This document shows, in pieces, positions 18,105-28,611 of a DNA stretch of 64,000 bases. The translations under genes and the position numbers were made by a program. The stretch's first letter is position 1, and each line of letters begins with the position of its first letter. The stretch comes from an uncultured virus (IMG/VR IMGVR_UViG_3300008117_000066). Taxonomy: Duplodnaviria > Heunggongvirae > Uroviricota > Caudoviricetes. The notes beneath the pieces were generated by a model. That model ran no database searches and was not told the origin of the DNA. It saw nothing but the letters and a program-made list of their open reading frames with translations. The stretch is from IMG/VR virus record IMGVR_UViG_3300008117_000066. One strand, given 5' to 3'.

Positions 18105-18240
18105 ACCGTATTGAATGACCAAACCGCTATCGAAATTTACCGCCTCGCCGTTCTGCGTGGCGCAGCGCACCCTGAAGGACATTGAGGTGCTTGCCCACCT
18201 CGACTACGCGATCGCCAAACTGAATCGGGGTGAAGCATGA
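18102..18240 (+). pseudogene. Frameshifted or internally deleted small gene
   Basis: ATG 18102 frame stops at 18185; the +1 frame continues to a TGA overlapping the next ATG (18237-18240). Confidence 0.5.
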
Positions 18241-18545
18241 ACATCCACCAGATCATCAATGCTCGTGCTGAGGAGTCCGTCATGGACTCCTTAGCTCCCT
18301 TGAACGGCAAAATCTTCATCTATGTCAGTACGACTGACTGCGACCACTGTACGCGCACCTACACTCGCATGATGAACGCCACCGCCTTCGATGCCTTCGA
18401 AAACTATCTGTACGACTCGGCAGAGGGCGCGACCTATGTCCATCGGTTGACCCCTCGCCAGTATGCGAATCGCGCCCCAGCGTCATGGCGCGATGGTATC
18501 GCGGAAGCCCACGAAGACGGTCACGCCCATTGCGTATACGGGTGA
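18237..18545 (+). CDS. Hypothetical protein with DCDH motif
   Basis: GGTGA SD; cassette context. Confidence 0.65.
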   Translation: MNIHQIINARAEESVMDSLAPLNGKIFIYVSTTDCDHCTRTYTRMMNATAFDAFENYLYDSAEGATYVHRLTPRQYANRAPASWRDGIAEAHEDGHAHCVYG

Positions 18546-18554
18546 CCGCCCAAC

Positions 18555-18608
18555 CTGAACCAATCATGACCCACCCTGTTGACGGGGTGGGTCTTTTCGT
18601 TGTAAGCT
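18555..18608 (+). promoter_or_regulatory. Direct-repeat box plus terminator hairpin with the -35 TTGACG in its loop, plus -10 TAAGCT
   Basis: CTGAAC-N5-ATGACC-N7-TTGACG; hairpin GACCCACCC...GGGTGGGTC-TTTT. Confidence 0.7.
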
Positions 18609-18648
18609 GTCCTTGCTGTATCCACATTAACTGTTTGGGAGAACACAC

Positions 18649-18882
18649 ATGAGCCGTCCGATCTTTGTCATTGCAAGCGAAATCCGTTCCGACTGGAAAA
18701 AGCCCAACTACGCTGCCGTCCCGTATCTTCAGGCGATGGCTACCCTCGGCAGTATCCGTGAAAACTACTACGATGATTCCGCCAAATCGGTGGTCATGTA
18801 CTTCCTCGCCAACGCTGGCACATGGCGAGGGGCAGTCGCTAGGCGTATCAAGAAGGAACTGAAGGACATGACGGGGTACTAA
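18649..18882 (+). CDS. Small phage protein (AVPYLQAM...YFLANAGTWRG), function unknown
   Basis: GGGAG SD; sequence pattern recalled as recurring in phage early regions. Confidence 0.75.
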   Translation: MSRPIFVIASEIRSDWKKPNYAAVPYLQAMATLGSIRENYYDDSAKSVVMYFLANAGTWRGAVARRIKKELKDMTGY

Positions 18883-18902
18883 CCCCGTTATGCTTCACTC
18901 GA

Positions 18903-18930
18903 AAAAGCCCCGATCAACGGGGCTTTTTTT
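18903..18930. terminator. Bidirectional intrinsic terminator
   Basis: AAAAGCCCCG-ATCAA-CGGGGCTTTTTTT. Confidence 0.85.
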
Positions 18931-18977
18931 GTACCAAAATTTTCTAGCTTTTTCGAGCGAAATTTTCTAGCTTTTTT

Positions 18978-20855
18978 TCACGCCCGTTTTCGCCAATGAT
19001 CACAGATCAACTGCTCGATCTGATCATAAGGAACCTTATAACCAACCTGGGCTTCCAGGGCTTTCCATTCACGCTTGATCTGGCGTTCACGGTGCATCAC
19101 CTCGGTGCGTGATGCTTCACCATCACAGGTTAGGTTCTCAGGCTCCAAGCGCAGATACAGACACTCGAAGGATTCCAGTTGCTGTTTGGTTAATGGTTTC
19201 ATGTTGTTTCCTCGAAATCAATCGTCTCGGCATCAATCGCCTTTGTTTCATCCCAATAATGACCGTAAAAATCTTCATCGTTTGCTTGTTCAGCACAATC
19301 AATTGCATCTTCACGGTTGTCGGCTTCAACTTCCACATACTTTGTAACGGTTTCAACCACGGTAACAATCCACTTAGCCATTTCGATTACTCCAAAGGGT
19401 TTGATAGTCTTCATCCATCACCTCAATGGTAGCACAACCATCGTTCTCGTCAACCGTCATGGTTTCGAGCGATTCAGTATTGGTTTCGTATCCGCATTAC
19501 GGGCATCGGCTTGAACATCACACTCGGATATGATATAAGTACCGTCCATAACGCACCAACGGTCTGCATCATACTCAAGCGTTTCTTCGTTCAGATAACC
19601 ACCAATCTTCTGTGCTTTATATCGCTGTTTCATATCAATACCCCGCTAAGGTGAAGTAGACTTTCTTGTTATTATACACACCCATCTTGTCTTTGCGCAA
19701 GCACAGGGTGTCGCAGTAATACAACGGTTCAGCTTCGACCATGATATAGATTCCCTTCTCTAGGTCTTGACCACAGCACTTGCACTCGGCTTCGTCAATA
19801 CCATCGTCTTCCCATTCAGTCCAGTACGAATCGCCGTTGCCGTTGTCGTACAGCTTTTCATAATCTTCTTTGCTGATGTTGGCATGAAGACATTCATCGC
19901 TGCAATAGTATTCACAGCCATTGTCAATGCAATAGCCTTCGGTCATTGGTTTTTTACCGCAGTGGTCGCAAGTACGCATGATGTTCTCCCGATGTTGTGA
20001 TTACATTCTATCGCAACCTATCTTAACACACACTGAATAAAAAAGCCCTAGGTTTGATCCTAGGGCAAGGGTGTGGTATAAACCACGGGGAGATTACAGG
20101 GGGACAGGCTCGGTGCGTTTGTGTTGCAACAGGTCGGATACGCAAACCCAACCAGTACCACTCATAAACACATACCACATATTGTCCATGATGATTGCCT
20201 GAATGACAGGGTATCCACGCTCTTTCAGGGTATTGACGATATCTTTACTCATTACGTTCTCCTAATGTGATTTGGACACCTTGGAAGTTAACCCAACGGT
20301 CAACTTCTGCTTTGATTTCATCGAAGGTACTACGGGTGATAACCAACTCATTTCTATGAGCCTGATAGACACCATCACCGACACACCACGAATCACGAAA
20401 ATCTATGGCGTTGCCCTTCTCGTCAATCTCTTGACGCTCTTGGATATTAGCCAAGAAAGTAATATCATAACCTTTGTAGTCCATAACGTTCTCCCGTTGT
20501 TGAACCTACATCATATCACAATGAATCGGGGTGTCAACCACCCCGTTCAGGATCAGTACAGCCTGGGTGTGGTTTCCTTCATGCGGTTCAGACGGTCTGC
20601 CCAGGACTTGCCCATGCGGTCTTTGACAAACTGATAGCTACCCTTCGTGCCAGCTTTCACATCTTTACGGCTGGGGATGGTGTTGCCGTAGTAGTCACGG
20701 GCGCGTTCTTTGCCCAGCATACAGTATCCAGCTTCAATCGCACCCATCATGGCACGACCTACAGAACCTTCCATGCTCCAGCAATAGCCAGTGTTGATCG
20801 CAGCTTGCATGTTCTTATATTCATCGAAGTCAACATAATCATCATCATCGTACAT
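18978..20855 (-). CDS. Cassettes of small early genes (18978-19202, 19199-19381, 19635-19979 Cys-rich Zn-binding, 20245-20484, 20553-20855)
   Basis: Cassettes start with a GGGAG leader; terminators at 20039-20066 and 20914-20948. Confidence 0.7.
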
Positions 20856-20960
20856 AGTGTGCTCCCGTTGTTGTGAATACATTATACCAAACCGATCTTA
20901 ACTCAACCTGAATAAAAAACCCCTGCTGTCATGCAGACCAGCAGGGGTGGGAGAGACCTT

Positions 20961-21431
20961 TTACCAGCTTGCTTGGTACTCGAAATCATATTCATCGGAA
21001 AGCGTCAAAACAGAATCAATCTGCCTGATGGTACTTTTCAAATCATCGAAATAGTATTCATCATACTCATAACTACCGAAGAAAAAACCAGCTTGTGTTG
21101 GCAGATTTTCATCGCAGTAGGTGGCGATTTCATCTTTGTCAGTCAGACCAGCAACATCTTCCAGCACCGTGGCGCAAAGGGTGCGCAGTTCGACCAGCTG
21201 TTTACGACCAACATAATACGGCTTGCAATCGTCTTCACCAGCTTGAACATTATCCACGAACCAATTGTGGATTTGATTGGACTTACGCCAGTAGGCGCAA
21301 GTGACTTGAACCGTTGTACCGCCTTGTGCTGTGATTGGAAATTCCAGCAACTTGTGAATCTCAGCAGCGAGTTCAGGACTGGAATACTGCGAAACATAAC
21401 GCTTCGCATAAAGATACATATCAAGACCCAT
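20961..21431 (-). CDS. Phage protein of the MGLDMY...YWRKxNxIHxWF type, function unknown
   Basis: Motifs MGLDMYL, YWRKSNQIHNWFV, GFFFGS and YQASW. Confidence 0.75.
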   Translation of the reverse strand: MGLDMYLYAKRYVSQYSSPELAAEIHKLLEFPITAQGGTTVQVTCAYWRKSNQIHNWFVDNVQAGEDDCKPYYVGRKQLVELRTLCATVLEDVAGLTDKDEIATYCDENLPTQAGFFFGSYEYDEYYFDDLKSTIRQIDSVLTLSDEYDFEYQASW

Positions 21432-21492
21432 AACACTTTCTCCCAAAAGTGGTGGGGCGGTATGCCCCACCTATGAACATTGTATCAGATGA

Positions 21493-22642
21493 TTACGCAA
21501 CTTTCAAGAATGAGAACGGAACATTCCAAACCGTTCCATCAACCTTGACCTGGGCTTTGGTGCGATTGATTTTAATCAACCGACCCTTGTAGGTCGAACC
21601 CGTTTTCGGATTGGTGAACTGAACATCAGAACCGACACCGATTTGACTGACATTGACTCGACCAGTACGGCGACTTACGTCAACAGCATAACGAGCGATG
21701 CTATGAAGTTGTTGGGCAGTCAAATCATCGGAATCAAGCAGTTCGATAACTTTACCATAAGTAGACATTGTTTTGCTCCCGTTTGGTGGGACACCGCGCC
21801 CCACTTATTGACAGTATACCCCACAGTTTCTGTGTGTCAATGGGGTATACCAGGATCGTTCAGCTTCGGTTCACCGCAGCAGTGGTAGAACATCGAACCC
21901 ACCTTCTTTGGTGAGATACTGAACAGCACCACCATCGTTGCCTTCATCATCACTCATGGGGATAATGATGGTTCCGTTGTCCAGTTGCAACATCAACGGG
22001 CGACCCATGTATTCATCGAAGCCCAGGTCTTTCGCCCACTTGTCATTCATGTACATGACCTTGGTGATGGTGCGTCCGACCAAAACATCACGAGCCTGGG
22101 TGTTCCAACGCTTAAACATTTCATCAGTATTCATTTGATATTCTCCAGTTCATCAATAATACTATCAATCATCGCAACAACATTCAGTTGGATATCATCG
22201 GCAAGTTTACCTGTCGCAAAATATCCAAACTCCTCACAAACATCATACTCCCAAACATAGTCAATGTCTTTGTTCTCTTTACGTTCCCATGCCTTCTCGA
22301 TAAGGTAGCAGTATTGAGTAACCATGTCAACAACACCAGTTTGACCACTATAGGTGTCGATCAAAAACTCGTAATTTTTTGGGTTGTTTCTCATAGCCTC
22401 TTGCATATACCGAAAGCAACCAATGGCAATGAAAGCAATGGTGGACCGCAGCTTTTCAGTTTCCTTGTTCATTCGATAATCTCCACAAGGGAATAACCGC
22501 TATTTTCATTACTACCCATTTCATCAAACGCTTCATCATATTCACCACGCTCAGCAGATGCTATGATAGCATTTATTTCCGACTCGTCTTTGATATCAAC
22601 CTCAATGACCGAATACAAGGTGCGTTCAATAAGCAATTTCAT
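21493..22642 (-). CDS. Small early genes (21493-21768 with SH3-like C-terminus, 21871-22134, 22131-22472, 22469-22642)
   Basis: SD-led coupled ORFs; promoters near 21813-21840 and 22667-22695. Confidence 0.65.
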
Positions 22643-22666
22643 ACTGTTCTCCCAGTTGGTGAAACC

Positions 22667-22719
22667 ATATTAAAACAAAAAACCCCCACCGTCAAGTGGG
22701 GGTTTAATGAATCATTCAG
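22667..22719 (-). promoter_or_regulatory. Box plus terminator/promoter fusion
   Basis: Minus strand AAACCCCCAC-TTGACG-GTGGGGGTTT-TTT; TTGACG-N17-TAATAT. Confidence 0.85.
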
Positions 22720-23245
22720 CTTCGTCTTCCTCATCATACCAGTCTTCGAGCGTGAACATTTCGATGATATGCTCAGGACAGGTGTCACGCAATGCCTTGC
22801 GTGAAGTACCATCATACTGCCCACCATTATCAGTACCATCAATGTATTCACCGTAGTATGCCATACCACCTTCGTGGTAGTATGCTTCAACATCGAAGCC
22901 AAGTTCATGGAGCTTGTCGAATACTGCAATCGGTGGCGACCATGCGGTGTCGAAAACCAGCTTGATGGAAGTGTCGGTCTGAGCCAAGATTTCAGGCGTA
23001 CAGGCATCCCACTTGGTATCCCATTCGGCAATCGCAAACTCATACCAGCTCGGATAACCACAATCCTGGACATTCTTTTCGTACACTTCTTCAGGCGTGG
23101 CGGTGGACATTTCCGTATTGCGGAGCTGGTCGGGCATCGGAATGAACTCGTTGAACAGACCGACCTGAAGCGAATCCACCACTCGTTTGATCTGAGCAGG
23201 GTCTTCGTGTGTCAGGGTGACAATGTTGTTGCACCAGTTAGGCAT
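22712..23245 (-). CDS. DUF1281 / YubB ferredoxin-like domain protein
   Basis: MPNWCNN, WYEF...WDTKWD and FDTAWSPP. Confidence 0.8.
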   Translation of the reverse strand: MPNWCNNIVTLTHEDPAQIKRVVDSLQVGLFNEFIPMPDQLRNTEMSTATPEEVYEKNVQDCGYPSWYEFAIAEWDTKWDACTPEILAQTDTSIKLVFDTAWSPPIAVFDKLHELGFDVEAYYHEGGMAYYGEYIDGTDNGGQYDGTSRKALRDTCPEHIIEMFTLEDWYDEEDEAE

Positions 23246-23273
23246 AATCTACTCCCTTTGTGAATGTGAAACC

Positions 23274-23326
23274 ATATTAAAACGAAAAAGCCCCACAGTC
23301 AAGTGGGGCTTTCACGAATCGTTCAG
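23274..23326 (-). promoter_or_regulatory. Box plus terminator/promoter fusion
   Basis: Minus strand AAAGCCCCAC-TTGACT-GTGGGGCTTT-TT; TTGACT-N17-TAATAT. Confidence 0.85.
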
Positions 23327-25020
23327 AATGCTTTTACCACACCAGTTCGAGTATAATGCGGTTCGCTGTCCTCTTCCTCGTGGAACATCTCACCACCCTC
23401 GAACACCCAGCGCCAGCGTTCATCTTCTTCACCTTTCCATTCGATGATGCTACCATCTTCGATGAACGGTGCAAGCGTTGCAAGGAACAGGTTTTCCTGA
23501 CCAGTCTTGCCGTCATAGAACAGGTGAATGATGTTGCCTTCTTCATCGGTATCAACATCATCGAACCCGATACGCTCAAGCAGTTCAACCGTGGTGAAAT
23601 CCTTGTCATAAGGGAAGTCGTTCATCCAGCTGAACCATTTTTCCACAGTCACACCAGCTTTTGATTGACCACCGTTCTTCAGTTCATCGTGCGTGTTCAA
23701 CTCACGAATAGCTGCACGAATCGCATCTTCTTGACCAGCTTCCAGCTTGAAGTTGTAGCTGTCACCGCGAACATAATAACCCATAGCACTTACTCCCGTT
23801 GTGAATGTGATACGATATTAAACCGTTTCTTTCTGTTTGTCAACACCATCGTTCATATCCAGTACACAATGGTCTGACACCCCTGCTTGATATCCCTGCT
23901 CGTAGGCAGACCTAGCACGGGGTGCCAGGTCGCTACCATGTTCAACACCCTCGGATCTACCATCGTAGTATCCCCTGGCGTACCAGTACGCATTTATCTC
24001 AACCATTGTCTTCTCCAAAGTCGATACCATCATCGCTACCACAATGCAGACAGTAGTAATCACAGTCGTGAATTCCCCATCCACCCGTTTCGGTATTCCA
24101 GCTGTTATACTCACGCATCTCGACAGCCTTTGAACCGCAGCACTCGCAGACAGGAAAGTACGCTTCTTCCATATCATCCAGATAACAGATGGTGTGGTTG
24201 ATGCACACATACATTCTGTCTTCTTGGTCGTGGTCATGGTAGATGAAGAAGTACGCAGAAGCACTTCCTTCAACCTTACTGTCAGCCGTGATACGAACAT
24301 ACTCACCACCATCATGGGGCGCACGGGTCAGTTTGTCGTACTTGATATCGAAACCACCTTCTTCTTCGTACCGTTCCATATCAGTCTTCCCAAATGCTTG
24401 TGTTATCGTACTTTTCTTGAAGCGCATAAATCCAATCACGCAACAGGTCTTTTTTCCACAGACCGTCCATTTGATCGAATTCTTTCGGGAATACTACCAC
24501 ACCTTCTTCGTCTTTGGATTTCAGTTTCGGGTACGACATTATTCTTTCTCCTAATCTAAAAGATGACTTTCGTAGGGATGACGCTTCCTGTTCAATGATG
24601 CCCAATGTTCACACACTTCAAGAGCATTATCACCATCTTGTTGGAAGCGAATACAGGGTAGCATATCCATTTCCAATTCAGCCAGCGGTACAACGTGTAA
24701 TGCACCAGTATCATCTTCAATCACGAAATACTTGCTCATGTGTCCCACCTTAGTTCGTAGTCTTTGTCAAAGGGTTGGTCGGTGATGATGTATCCCAGAC
24801 GATTCACATAGTGATAACCCGCATTCAGATACAGCTTACCATCACAATCGAGAATAGTCCAGCAGCGATTCTGCTTGCTCATTTCCCAAGCATAGTCCAC
24901 TTCTTCGCCATAGGTTTCAAACATCTCGACAGGCTCATAGCCTTCTTTGGACTGGAAGTGGTTTGGTGTGATGGTGAACAGCTTGTTGAATGTGCGGTAC
25001 TGGATTTTCTTGTATTCCAT
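23323..25020 (-). CDS. Small acidic early genes (23323-23784, 23818-24006, 23999-24379, 24381-24539, 24551-24739, 24736-25020)
   Basis: SD-led coupled ORFs; promoters at 23815-23843 and 25046-25074. Confidence 0.65.
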
Positions 25021-25045
25021 AACGTTCTCCCGTTGATGTGGAACC

Positions 25046-25114
25046 AGTATGAATCATTATCATAACATTGTCAACCCGCCCATTCAGGCTTGGTTCAGGT
25101 CACTATGTTATCAT
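25046..25114. promoter_or_regulatory. Divergent promoters sharing one direct-repeat box (25082-25098)
   Basis: Leftward TTGACA 7 bp from ATTCAG-N5-GTTCAG; rightward TATCAT 10 bp from it. Confidence 0.75.
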
Positions 25115-25144
25115 AGCATTACATCAATCAAATGGGAGTGCGAT

Positions 25145-25747
25145 ATGGTAGACCAAGTAAGAGTGATGGAAGATTACCGTCCCTGTGTGAACAACAAGGT
25201 GTTGCTCAAGCAGTTCACCAACATCGAAGATACCCAAGCGTATCTCGATCAACACTGGAACGAAAGCAAACACGCAGAGGTTCTGCAAATCTCCATGTGC
25301 CGTAACAATCCTGATGAAGATTGCGAACCCGAACCGTGGCGTGTGAAGTACAGTGGGTTGACCCCGACATGGTTACTGGGCGACTGGTAAGGGAGTGGTG
25401 ATGAAAGAATATCGCGTGACTCTGAAAGAAGATCGGGATGATGACTTCACCCTAGTCTTTGACTGTTGGGCTGATGATCCTGAACACGCTCGTGAACAGG
25501 CTCAGGATATGTATCCAAACGGCGTGATCTTATGCGCCTTTCCGAAGGATGAATTATGAAAAAGGTTGATCTGATTCAAGTAAAAGGTTTGGTTGCCGTC
25601 ACAATGGGTGGTATCAGTGTTCTGGTCAAAGATGATCCGACCAGTGATCGGATTGAAGTCCAGGTTTGGAATCTGAAACAAAACCTGATGCTCTCCTCGG
25701 AGATCTACTACGATCCACACCTAGAACCACTCGATCCGCTGCCGTAA
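25145..25747 (+). CDS. Three small hypothetical genes (25145-25390, 25401-25559, 25556-25747)
   Basis: GGGAG SDs; followed by a terminator. Confidence 0.65.
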
Positions 25748-25748
25748 C

Positions 25749-25779
25749 AAAAAACCCCACCAATCACGGTGGGGTTTTT
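25749..25779. terminator. Bidirectional intrinsic terminator
   Basis: AAAAAACCCCACC-AATCAC-GGTGGGGTTTTT. Confidence 0.85.
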
Positions 25780-26363
25780 CTTTATGTGTAACTCGGTGAA
25801 GGTTTGTACTTCTTGGGTTTAGCGGGATAAGAAGGCTTCTTCGGGCGGATCACTTTTACTCTACGCATTACAAAACTCCTTTGGAGTGGTGGATGAACTT
25901 TTATTTTGTAGCAAATTTTTGACGGATTTTCACGCCTTACTTCCAGTATAGCATGAGTAGATGAGATCCATCGCTTGATCGATATCAATTAATTCAAGCG
26001 TAATTAAAAGCGACCCTTGTGAATCATATACACGAAAATATTTTGAAGAAATAAATTGACGCTCCATCTCCTCAGTGTAGGGGATCTGAAGCACGATCAA
26101 GTTAGTCTTGGCGAATCCATAGCCCCGTGCCTGGACCTTGTATTTGGATCCAAGCAAAATGGTTACGTTTTCTTCAATGTCGTTGTTGGTGCTCTGTTTG
26201 TGGACCAGTCAACACCCGCTGATGCCGTGCACTTATCGTCAACGGACCAGTTGGAGAGTTCAGCTGAGGCTGAGGCGGAGAATGCAAGCAATGCTGCAAG
26301 CATTAATCTTTTCATAAGAATTCCTAAAGAGAGTGGGGGCACCTTGCGGTACCCCCGATTGTA

Positions 26364-27287
26364 TCAAGCAGCGTTTGCCATGTCAATAGCCAGTTGCAGG
26401 GCTTTGTTCTTCAGGCTCTTGTTGACACCAAACCAAGCAGATTGCAACCGCGCATCGTTGCTTCGACCCATCAGATGATCCGTCATGTAGGTGACGGCAT
26501 TGAAAGCTTGCCACCACGAACCTTCCGCAAACTTTGCACCAGGCTGGAGTTCGAGAACTTCCAGGGCTTTGATCGCGTTACGAGAATCCTTGTCACCCTG
26601 GGACGGGAACAGTTCCTGGAAGTAAGCCTTGATCGATTCATTGTCATAACGCTTCGATCCCATCCAGCTTGCCATGCTCTTGTACTCGTCCAGCTTGGCG
26701 TGTGCGATACCCAGAGCTTGCTTGGCTTGATCCGCCACGAACTCACGGCGGTGGCTGAGCTTGAATGCGGTACCACCTTTTTGGCTCAGGCTCAGGGTGA
26801 GAGTGTTGTTGCAGACCACTCGGATCGGGGTGAAGCGGATATCCAGGGACTGACCGTAGACGTGCGGGTTGGTGAACAGCATGTAGCTGTCAACCTGGTC
26901 ACCACCGAACAGCTCGAAGCTGTCCTTGATCTTTGCCAGCGCCCAGACGATCTGACCACCTTTGAGCGATCCAGCGGTGTGCATTTCCATGTCACCAGCG
27001 TTCACGAAGTCCTGGAAGAAGTCAAACGCTTCCTGGTTCTGAACGGGGTTCCAGTCGCTGGACACCACATCCAGGATCTTGTTGTCACTGGATCGAACCA
27101 GGGCTGCTGCATCGATTGCCTGGGACTCGTCTTCGATCTTGACGAATGCAGGGATCTTCTGTACAGTCCAGTCCAGACCAGCTGCTTGCATCATTTGATC
27201 GGTGCTCAGATCGCTGGGGACTTTGTGACCCAGACCATGCCAAGGTACTTCGCCAGCGTATGCCATTGTCTCTACCATGTGTGCCAT
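26364..27287 (-). CDS. DUF932 (TIGR03299-type phage/plasmid) protein
   Basis: MAH...PWHGLG, AGLDWTV, VQNQEAFDFF, TAGSLKGG, TPIRVVCNNT and GSWWQAFNAVT. Confidence 0.88.
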   Translation of the reverse strand: MAHMVETMAYAGEVPWHGLGHKVPSDLSTDQMMQAAGLDWTVQKIPAFVKIEDESQAIDAAALVRSSDNKILDVVSSDWNPVQNQEAFDFFQDFVNAGDMEMHTAGSLKGGQIVWALAKIKDSFELFGGDQVDSYMLFTNPHVYGQSLDIRFTPIRVVCNNTLTLSLSQKGGTAFKLSHRREFVADQAKQALGIAHAKLDEYKSMASWMGSKRYDNESIKAYFQELFPSQGDKDSRNAIKALEVLELQPGAKFAEGSWWQAFNAVTYMTDHLMGRSNDARLQSAWFGVNKSLKNKALQLAIDMANAA

Positions 27288-27385
27288 TTGTTTTCTCCGT
27301 TGTCCAGTCGGAAGTGACTGTAGGGATATCTTATCAAAAGGAAATGGGATCCGTCAAGACCCCATTAAAAGATGTTCAGCTGCGG

Positions 27386-28572
27386 TTAATAAGACGACAC
27401 TTCCTCACGGGTCTCAACTTCAAACCTGTAGAGGTTCTCGTTGGTTGCAGGGCACACGGCAAAGTAGTCTTCGACATAGGTCGGGTAGGCATACTCACCA
27501 GATCGTTTGCAGTACCCCATAGGCTTAAAGGGGCTGATCACCAGCAAGTTATCCCCCTGGGAAGCCAAGTGAACAATATCCTGGGCTTCGTGGGTGACAA
27601 CGACCATATCATCAGGATAGGTTGCCAGCAGTTCTTTGAGTTTTCCGACAGTCAGGCTCATTGTTCAGTCCATCCTTTTGCGGTGAGGAAATCGAATGCA
27701 TCCTCAAGCTCGATGATGCTTTGCTTGACAGCTTCCCAATCAGCATCGGCAAGCTCACCAAGCTCGTGAGCTTTGAGCACATGGCACAGATCGACATGGG
27801 CACAACGAACTGCCTGGATTTGCTTGAATATCATTGCTCTTCTCCTGAGTAGGTACCGAAAACAAAGAAATAGGGGTTGCCCTGCGGAATCATATCAGTA
27901 TCAGCATCTGCAATAAAAACACCATGCAATATTGGCGCAAAGATTCCCACATCCTCAAGGAACACACAAGCTTCTGCGTCTAGTTCGTCTTGCGTGAATG
28001 ACTGCAATGATTCTAACAGCTGTCGGTATGTTTGTCGCTTGCTCATAGCTGGTTCTCCGTAGTGAGTAGAGCCAGTGCTCGGTTAATCTCTTTATTATGT
28101 CTTGCCTTATAACCCTCAACATAATCTTTATCGGTTCTGATTGTCAACTGGTACATTCTGACCTTGTATGGTTTGGACAGATACTTCGGTGATATCCTGA
28201 CCACCATAGCAGTACCATCATCATACTCTTCAAGAATGGCAACGATTCTAGCCCAATCCCAGCCAGTGAAATACTCTTCGGCTATCCGTATGTCATTCAT
28301 AGCGGTTTCTCCCAGAGATAGATGGGGCACTCATAGTTGTGCCCACTGAGCGTGGTGTGGAGTACACCATCAACATAGAACGAGACATTCTTCATAGGGT
28401 AGGCGACTGCCTTGACCACTTCATCCCAGATGTATACATTCACATCATAGTCACCCCAACCGTGCCAAGCATCACTCTCACCAAGACCATCTTCTTGCAT
28501 GGACTCCCAGAGCTGGTCGGCAACCTTTGTCAACAGCTGTTCCGTTGTATCTTCAGCGAACTTCGTTTCCAT
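27386..28572 (-). CDS. Operon of small early genes (27386-27661, 27658-27834, 27831-28046, 28043-28300, 28297-28572)
   Basis: ATGA-coupled chain behind a promoter at 28598-28625. Confidence 0.7.
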
Positions 28573-28611
28573 AATGTTCTCCCGTTGTGGAAGTCCCATT
28601 ATGACAGGGTT

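Noticed and set aside
20022..20913. CtrA box (TTAA-N7-TTAA) as the identity of the operator
   Set aside because: Only some half-sites are TTAA; most are TTCA and none of the listed boxes is a full TTAA-N7-TTAA, so it is kept only as a minor alternative.
26394..27317. 307-aa plus-strand ORF
   Set aside because: Antisense shadow of the DUF932 gene; no SD or protein-like features.
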